From Spirogloea muscicola (taxonomy: Eukaryota), in NCBI GenBank assembly GCA_009602725.1, contig WELB01000012.1, positions 866,619 to 930,618 of the forward strand: DNA of 64,000 bases, in the 5' to 3' direction. Position 1 is the first letter of the stretch; each line of letters opens with the position of its first letter. This document shows, piece by piece, positions 55,661 through 64,000 of this stretch. Both the position numbers and the translations under genes were made by a program. Below the pieces are notes generated by a model. That model worked only from the letters and a program-made list of their open reading frames with translations, ran no database searches and was not told the DNA's origin.

Positions 55661-56305
55661 TGCGGCGGGGGACACGGCGCGGGATGCGGCGGGGGGGGGT
55701 AGGGAACTGGTGGCGGGGGGGTTGGAGAAGACGGGGGTATTCAGCGCCCCCGAAGGGGCAGTTAAGTTGGAACCGTCAACCAATGCCTTGCGGCGAGCTG
55801 CTGGTAAGCGCTACGGACGCCGGCGGGGGAGAGGGGGGTGTTCCGGCGGCGGGGGTGCTGACGACCCGGGGCCCGGGCCGATGACGGCGACGGGCGGCGG
55901 GGCGGAGCCGCCGGGCGCTGACGGCGCCGCTAGCTTCCGTCCAGGCGCGCGGGCCCGTTTCGGCGCCCTGCGCTAAACCCGGCGGCTCCAGGGGGAGAGG
56001 GAGGGCGGCCCCAGGCGAGGCGTCCGATCACAGCATTGATCAGCGTGCGGGGAGGGAGGCTGGGACGCCCGTTAGTTCCTCGCTTACTTACGGCTAGGGC
56101 GCTGGAGGCCGAGCTTCGGACGCCGCCATTGCCGCAGCAGCCTTCGCCGCCGCCGCCGCCGCCGCCGCCGCCTTCGCCGCCGGCGCCGCCGCCAGGTGCG
56201 GGACGGCGTCGCCCTGACCCGCCGGTTGCGGGCGTCGGCGGCGGCGGCGGTGAAGATGAGGGCGGCGGCGGGGTGGCAGCGGCGGGCGGCGTAGCGGCGG
56301 CGCCG

Positions 56306-59295
56306 ATGTTCTACGACCTGAACCTCGCGGCGGACAGCCTCGGCGGCGGCCAGGCGCTGCGGGAGGCGCTGGCGCTGGCCGTGCGCCTCGGCTACCACGG
56401 CGTCGCGCTCAACCACGCCGTCTCGGGGCCCATGTCCGAAGCAGACGCCTGCCGCCTCAAGCAGCTCGACTTCCAGTCAGGTCTGCATGAGCCTGCCCTG
56501 CCACAACAAGCTTGCGTGATCGCGCCGTCGCCTACCTAGCCATAAGCTGAATGACGAAGCGCACATGCAAGGCCGTGGAGCGAATGGGGAGTGCGCCGGG
56601 AGTGTACAGGACTAAGGCAGATGGACAGAGGCATTGCCTTGAGGTCAATACAGTCCCAGGAGAGGTTACATTGACAGCTTGGGCTCACGATTGGTAAGGT
56701 CTTTGATGCAGTCCTGGCAGCGGCCCCCGGCGTGGCTGAAGGTGCGAGGTGGCACCAGGTACCTTCTAATCAGCTGTAAGCCCACCACACTACTTCTCTT
56801 ACTGCCTCGGGGAGTGGTCATCTAGGTCACTCCGTCTGCACCTTGTGTTGCTTCTTGCATGGTGAAAGCGGAAACACTTTGTCAAGGTGGTTTGGGGTCT
56901 AGGGTTCACATACAAATTGTGAAGAGAGAACAGCATCATGGAGGTGGCCTCCATTGCCAAATGCATATCTGGTGTTTCTCGCTGGAGGTTGAGGTGCTGC
57001 AAGCCGTGGCCTGTGGTTATCTCCATTGGTAGAGGCTTCTGTCATTCTTAAGAGGGAGCTACGAGCAGCGCAGAGGATGCCATGCAGACCAGGCATCTAT
57101 CATGCCGTGAATCTCAGCAAATGCCAATGCTACGGATCAATGAGCAGCTGGCCTTTATCCGTGCGCGTCCTCTAATTTATGGGAAGATGGAGCTGTAATC
57201 ATAGGCTTTGTACACCGCAGGGGTTGCTGACAAGGTCACCTGCAAGGGAGTCTAAGCAGCTCACTCGAATCACAGGTGCGCCAATGACCAATCCTTTGTA
57301 AGGCACAGGGGATTTTTACTCACTGGATAGCTGCTACTTGGGAGACTATCGCTTCATTCGTGTGATGAGTGTCAGCTCCGGCTTCCTGGTAATTATGTGC
57401 TTCAGCGTAACTGCCAAAGGTCTAGTCGTGAATTTTGATCACATGCTAGACCTTGAAGCCTCATGCTACTCCCCTGCTTACTTCACAGTTTCAACTGATG
57501 ATACCAGTCACTCAAGCGCTCTGAACTCGGGAAATCTGGTGTTGGCGTCTTACGACCTTGTTGCTATCCAACCTCTCAGCCAGAAAGTTTTTGCGCAAGC
57601 ATGCTCATCTCTGGATGTAAGCCACCTTCTAGACGCCGTATATTGCGTCATGCTTGTTCTTAGTAAGGTGGCTCCGGGAAAATGTGTAGCCCTCTGCTGG
57701 AGCAGCTGATGTTCAACTTGTAGTTGTATGGTCAAGTCAAATTCACCGGTCAAGCAATCCTCAGACCCACAGTTGTCTGCTCTTCAAGTTGCAGGTGGAC
57801 TTGATCAGTCTGGATTTGAGTCAAAGGTTGCCATTCCGATGGAGGCCACCCATGATACAGGCAGCTCTGAAGGTGAGATGAAGTCGACATCTGCCACCTC
57901 ACAAAGAATTCCTTTGCTTCATAGAGCCTCATGTCTTCCTGGGTAGTCAAGAATAAATGCTAGCATAGGAACACTCAGACTGAGCTCTACTAAATTGACA
58001 TCGGGCACGATAACAAAGACATGCTTGTAAAGCAACTGTCATCATCGTGTCAGGTGCAAGTTTGCAGCTGCCATGAGAGCTGACAGTGTTCTTTGCTTTT
58101 GTCCTTATACACAGAGAGGTATCCACTTTGAAATCTCATATGCAGCTGCTCTGCGAGACCTCCAAGCACGGCGCCAACTCTTCTCAAATGCACAGGTTTG
58201 TAACTTCTGTCAACATATTACTACTGCTGTCCTTCTCAGAGCAGTATCACTCGGTAGAGCAAAGTCCCTCGCTTCTTACCTGGTAAGTCTGTCTGAACCT
58301 GACATGCCCTCTCAGGCGTTAGTGACAGCCACACGTGGAAAGAATCTGGTGATCACAAGCGGGGCGCAACAGGCATTTGAGATGCGAGGCCCATATGATG
58401 TAGCAAACATGGCCACACTCTTTGGAATGAGTGTGGCATCAGCCAAGGCAGCTCTTGCTCAGAATTGCTTGTAAGTTGATGAGCTTCTACTTCTTGCTAG
58501 GAGGTCATTTGAGGACAATTTACTTTACGGTCACTGAAGTAGTCAAGTCTGATAGTGCTTATTACCACGTAATAGGTCTGAACAGTGGCCACCCCTACAC
58601 TTGCTGTTAAGTCGACTCTCTGCTTTTTGCAGAAAAATTTACTGGTTGTTTGGGTGTCAAGTCCCTGAATCTAGCTGCCTCTTTCTACCAGGTCAGTACT
58701 GATCCATGCAGAGACGAGGAAGATGACATACAAGGCAGCGGTGCAAATTGAGCCGTCCCCAGCTCCAGTGAAGAGCTCTGCCTTTGCTGTCAGCCACTCA
58801 TGGGGAGTGGACCTTGCCACCAGTCAGGTGGGGGAAGCTTCTCAAGAGCAGCCGGGGCACGATGCAGTCAATGCAGCAGAACAAGCCAGGACGCAGGAGC
58901 CTGTGGAAAACTCCTGCTTTCCGGGTCTTGTGACGTCTGGTATTGAAGACCGGGGGAAGGCCCAAGTAATGCCAGAGCAGATGCCAGCGAAGATGACCTT
59001 TGCTGTTTATGACAGGAGAGATGCAACTGGTGCCTTCGTCCCCAGCATTGGCAGAACCGCAGGTGCCTCGAGCAACGCAGGGCCCTCGAGCAGCAGTGGT
59101 AAGAACATGCCACAAAGGGAAAGTGAGGACTTCATCTCCATGATATGGGATGGCACGCTCAATGTTAAGGAAGCTGTACCAGCAGGAAAGAGCCGCTTGC
59201 CCGATCTGCCAGGACCCTCCCGCAGGAAAAGAGGGCGAGGACGGGGCCAGCCGCAGGCTTTACCTCGAATAATCGGCAAGAAATACCAACGCTAG
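56306..59295 (+). CDS. RPP30: RNase P/MRP subunit p30 (RPP30/GAF1-like), multi-exon with a low-complexity C-terminal extension
   Basis: MFYDLNL..LGYHGVALNH, YDLVAIQP, VDLISLDLSQRLPF, RGIHFEISY, TRGKNLVITSGA...EMRGPYDVAN. Last exon ends at TAG 59293-59295. Confidence 0.9.
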
Positions 59296-59692
59296 CATTT
59301 TTCTAATTAGCAGGACTTGGGTGTACTTTCCAAATTACAGTCGGCTTCAATGGACTAGTGAATGTGGAGTCGCTAAGCAATAGGAGTGGAGTGTGCCTCT
59401 CTGAGAGAAGCTGGCCTCGTTGACTTGGTCTTGCAGTCAGCACATATCGACATTTGCTAGCTCATAAGAGCCAGTATGAGCCTGTAGTGGCCCATAAGCA
59501 CACCTTGAAGGCTTCATTGCAATGGACTTAGCGAGGCCTCATCACAGTTCTGCAACCAGATATTGCAGGTATTGCAATCATGAGTAAGGACCATCAAATA
59601 GTACATTTTCACAAACCCCACAGTGTTAAACAGATGCGTTTTCCATGCAGCTAGTGCACTTTGCCAAACTGCCGTTGGGTCCAGCAACTTAC

Positions 59693-59886
59693 CGCCTTGA
59701 CCGAGACAAGCGGGCTGAAGTTGTCGAACTTGAGATACTTGCCTGGGAACGCCTCGTTGAAGTACCGGTGAATCTCATTCTTGAGGATGGCCAGCGGGTG
59801 GTCCTCCCGCTGGTGCAGCTGCATGCCTATCTTGGAGAAGATGGTGTCCGAGACGTTGTTCACGGGATCCTCCTCCCGCACGATCT
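59693..59886 (-). pseudogene. Isolated exon of organellar (plastid/mitochondrial) phenylalanyl-tRNA synthetase
   Basis: EIVREEDPVNNVSDTIFSKIGMQLHQREDHPLAILKNEIHRYF...FDNFSPLVSVKA matches the N-terminal part of FARS2-type PheRS. It is flanked by AG and GTAAG. I found no catalytic exons downstream before the convergent RPP30 end. Confidence 0.75.
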
Positions 59887-60984
59887 CTGTGCGCAATGGA
59901 CAAAGCATTTGACTGAGCTTAGCAACCGATAGGCAATCAAGCAACCGTTTGACTAGTGACTGACCTGAGCTAATGTGCTTCTCCATGTGCTCCGAAGAGC
60001 ATAGCACTGGCTGCCCACTTGGCCAGCACATACTGTATGCCAAGCGGGGAAGGGGGCAGGCAGTTGGGGCATATGGAGAGGTTGGCAGGGTGGGTGTCGG
60101 CTTGAAGCGCAAGATCAACTCACAGACAGACTATCCCAAGCCTGCAAACACGGCATCTCCAGCTCAGCTTCGGTTGGGAGCCTACAATGCCCCAATGCAA
60201 AGTGGCGGGGTAATTTCTGGGAGAATTGTGGTCCCAAGCTACACGGGCCTTTTAAGATCATTGTAGTCGGGAAATTGGTGGTCCCAGGCTACAGTGGCCT
60301 TTGGGATCAAGGTTTAGGGGGAGCCAAATGGGCCAGAGAGCTTTCTCCAACGAACAATTGCCTTCTCTTAACCGAGGATAAGCGAGTGGAGGGCTGGGAC
60401 CGAGCAGTCCACTCGGTCTAGTCTCTTCCTTCCGAGCTCTCGCCGCCGCTGCCGCCGCCATTGCTGCTGCAGTCATCTAGGGCAGGCGTACTGAACCGGG
60501 TTTGCTGCTAAAGAGCCTTCTACTGACGAACTCCGCTGACCGTCACGTAAACTGGCACATTGGCAAGGACACGCTCCGGACCTAGTTTCGGAAGTCAACC
60601 TAGTCAGGACTCACAGCTGGGGAGGGCTGATAGTCCAACATCATCCATCACAAGCTCGAGCCATCTCAGTACGCCGTTACAAGGCTATCTACTCGTACGT
60701 TTTCCTCATTTCACACGATAGTGATGTCTTGATTTCTCGCTTCCTTAATTCCACACATGATGTGTTGCGTTGCCGGCCACGTACCTGAACGTATCACCTT
60801 GACTTTGTACTAAGCTGCCTATCGACGTTACCTGGCAGTCGACGCTGTGTGGCACGACAAGGTGATAGGCTGGACGTGCGCCAGTGCCAGTGCGTAGCTG
60901 TAAGGTACTTGTCACTGGTGTTCCATAGCCAGGAACGACAACACGCGAGGCGCTTCAGCCTAGGTACGCGCTTCTGCTACGGTC

Positions 60985-61937
60985 ATGGTGGGCGTGGATC
61001 AACTCTCGGCCAGGCTTCAGCAGGCACAGCTATCCGCAGAGCAGTATTCGGACAACGATGTGGACGCTGGTGAGGCCACGGACGAGCCCGGGCTAATGAT
61101 AGCCGGGGACACCGGGGACACCGGGGACACCCAGGACGTCGAGGTCATGATAACGAGGTCGGTCAAGTGCCTGGTCTCCAGATGCAATGCGACGTCCTCT
61201 GTAGCAAAATACAACTGCATGAGTCTGAGGATGGGCTTCCCAATGTGTATGTCCCACATGGACATCACGAAAATAAGAAGGTCCCTGGCCACTGTGAACG
61301 CGAATGTGAAAGTGAACATGAAAGGGTTCAGCCTTCTCTTTTACCACTTGAAGACCAGCTACCCACACTCCAACGACGTGACACACATAGCGGCCGTCTC
61401 CGACACCGGTGCCGATTTCGAGCAGCACGTCGCCTCGCCCTTTGAGGGGGAACGGGAACAGCTTTCTGTCCGAGTATTCAAGCATCCTGAAGGATTGGTT
61501 GATAGGGCCGGGCCTTGCCTTGGGGTTATTCATGGAGCAGTTGACTGAGATGCACTACAGGAGGCACGGCCTTGACTGCCCCTTAGACAGCCTCATCCTG
61601 GTGGCGCATTACGGCGCGTGCTTCGACCACATGCGCCTGGTCAGGTCGTGCAGGAGAAACCAGTTGCTCATGCCCTAACTGCAGAGTGGCGGATAGTGTG
61701 TTGATCTGCAAGATCTTGGAGGGGGTGAGGACCGACTGCAAGCTCGTCACGGTGGTGAGCAAATATGTGCCCACGTTCCTGGAGGACCTGGGCGATGCCC
61801 GCGGGGATGCAGTCGCCCTCTCCAAGGCCATGCATTGCATCGATTCCCGCTGGAGAAACCTCATCTGGTCGTCGAGTACACCACGCTGCAACTATGTGAC
61901 TAGGCTGGAATTTAGCGCGAGGAAGACGGTGGTGTAG
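60985..61937 (+). pseudogene. Intronless DEDDh (DnaQ-like) 3'-5' exonuclease remnant with a Cys/His-rich N-terminal segment
   Basis: Three ORFs in successive frames give ExoI-like FYHLKTS, ExoII-like LVAHYGACFD and ExoIII-like GDARGDAVAL. There are two +1 frameshifts (~61438 and ~61674). Confidence 0.7.
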
Positions 61938-62256
61938 GCGCAACTATTGTCCAACTGAGGAATCGCGCCCCTCAGCGCCCGTCGATGTAGGCGTTGGTCA
62001 TCGCCTGGCGAATGGTGAAGAGCTGTGGAGGTCTACAGCGCCTCATGGTATCTTGGTGCAAACAATCTGTTACACTGCTCACTCTCGTTACGATGGAGCT
62101 GCATTGATATGATGTGCTCACAGGACCGGCCAGGCAGTGGACAATGTTATCAATACTGACGCAAGTCTTGTATGAGGAGCCCCACTTACAATCATAGGAG
62201 ATGAGAATTGCCCCCAATGCAGTAGAGCTACCCTCTCTATACTACATGTGTTGCAG

Positions 62257-63807
62257 TCAGTCTATTTTGTACCATGACCCTGATGGCAGATTCACCCGCC
62301 CTTGCTCCTCTGCCACTGTTTGCCCTGGCTTGGCTGCTTCCGGTCCTTGCTTGAGAGCTTTGCCCAGGTCCTGCAGGGAGACTGTCGCCGAGCCCCTCCT
62401 TCTGGGCCGCTGCTGGGAGCTGTGCGGGCTCCAGCCCGCCATGTATATCACCTGGACCCAGGACATTGGCTCGTATAAGACGTGGTGCAGAGTTGTTCAC
62501 ACTCAAAGTCCTTAAGACTTCAGGATTGAGAACTCGAATGCATCAGAATTCTGTGAAGTGATAGATCAATATCTGCATAGACAGAGGCCCTTTCTCCAAC
62601 AACATGCATGCTCTGAAAGTACAATAGATACAGGACACTGGCCCTTGGCGTGGAGAGCATCAGATATCGTGAAACTCCAACAAGTTGAGCACGTGCATGT
62701 TCGAAGTCTGCAGGTGCAAGCTTGTTATGCAACGCATATGCCATACACTGAAGAGGACTTTAGAATCGTTTATTTTAATATCTACAGCATAAACATACAG
62801 TATGAACTGTAGGATGAACAGTTTGCAGCTCAAGTGGCCTTCACCTGAAAAGTTGCAGGGACAGTGCCATCCTCCTCCCCAAACATAGCTTGATACGTGG
62901 CTGCTGCTGCCAAAGCGGTGTCCCGCTTCAGAATCTGCAGGTCGAACGTGAAAGCCATGATCACTAGCGGCCATGGTACACAGATTGCTCTGACATTAAT
63001 TAAGATTTAGCTTATAATTTAGGGTCAGATACTAGGGGGGTTTAGGGTTCAGTGTGACATATCATGGACATGTACCTCACTCCGCTGGAGCACAGCGTTG
63101 CTTTCGCCCATGGCCCTCAGGTGCTCCACGAGCTCAATAACTGAGAATGTGAGAGCAGGAATGCATTTGAAGCTTTTCCAAGAGTTGCCACTTTAAGTCG
63201 TACATTCTGAATAGACAACCCATATGTTTCCTGCCCATGCATTGTGGTCTAGCTGCCTTTATCTCAGCCTAGTCTGAAGCAACGCAACAAGTTTGTCTCA
63301 GACTGCACAGGCTGGTGTCAGTCAGCATGCTTGAGAATGCATGGGGAATAAGTAAGTTGGTTTGGCAGCCAACCAGATGGGTAGCGCACAGTAAACTGGT
63401 CAACATCAACTGTAGGCAGCGCAAGGCCAGCCCTCGTCAGCAGGTTGCCGGCGTCTCTCACCTGCATCATGCAAGGCACACGGTATTGTGAGAAGCTTGC
63501 AGGGGGCTTCAGCCATACACCTCAACGCCGCATGGCGTAGTGACTGGCAGAATTAAGCACGTGCAGGACCTCCTTTCCATCAAGCAAGTGCAGCCTTCCT
63601 TCGTTATGCGAAGCCTTTCCAGAATCCAGAAACATTTAATGTTTGCATGTGTCTACCATCATTGGTGGAGATGACAGCATCATCTTATACGCAAGCCTGA
63701 CCCAGAAGTACCGAAGTCTGATGGCATGTGACTTGGACCTGTGCCAGCGGCGATAGCCTTGGGCTCACCCCACCCTCACGCTCCAGCTGAGCAACCGTGC
63801 AGGCTAT
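62257..63807 (-). CDS. NDUFAF5: NDUFAF5-like mitochondrial SAM methyltransferase/hydroxylase, 3' exons (5' part beyond the window end)
   Basis: Exons [23 protein letters not shown] | [21 protein letters not shown] | [14 protein letters not shown] | [25 protein letters not shown] | [26 protein letters not shown]...* with GT-AG junctions. Confidence 0.92.
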
Positions 63808-64000
63808 TCTGAGCTCCCTGTTGACCAAAATGAGAACTCTGAGAGGACAAATCTTCCTTTCTCCGCTGGCCTTTTACAGCCATTGCCCAAGCTTGAATGA
63901 GCTTCTTGTCCGAGTAGGCGCAGTGAGTACAGCAAATTGCAAGCCTCAAGTGGGTCTGCTAGAAATTCACGTCCAGACTCAGGGAACAGCATGCATGATG

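Noticed and set aside
63018..63050. TTTAGGG telomere-like motifs
   Set aside because: Only two exact, non-tandem copies inside an NDUFAF5 intron; too few to call an interstitial telomere.

Overview
Eukaryotic nuclear DNA, GC-rich and intron-rich. The gene set (FtsHi4, UBP25-type USP, MUB, ABA3, RCK/MER3) points to a streptophyte green alga or early plant; the taxon is inferred. Left part (0.15-19.6 kb): FtsHi4 (-), a single-RRM protein (-) head-to-head with a UBP25-like deubiquitinase (+), molybdenum cofactor sulfurase ABA3 (-) and tRNA-Gly(CCC). Right part (42-64 kb): MER3/RCK helicase (-), MUB (-), RPP30 (+), an orphan exon of organellar PheRS, an intronless decayed DEDDh exonuclease and the 3' exons of NDUFAF5 (-). 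The most striking region lies between them (about 23-41.5 kb): an 18 kb island built from 4-6 diverged copies of modules of an unrecognised, intron-containing gene family. The copies form two local foldbacks (centred near 24,205 and 35,002) and two long-range inverted duplications, with CRE/R2-type non-LTR retrotransposon debris in between. Other notable items are a perfect 115 bp inverted repeat upstream of MER3, a dispersed ~100 bp repeat family, and GC-AG introns inside catalytic motifs. Gene names come from recalled family motifs, and repeat boundaries were read by eye and are approximate; no searches or alignments were run.
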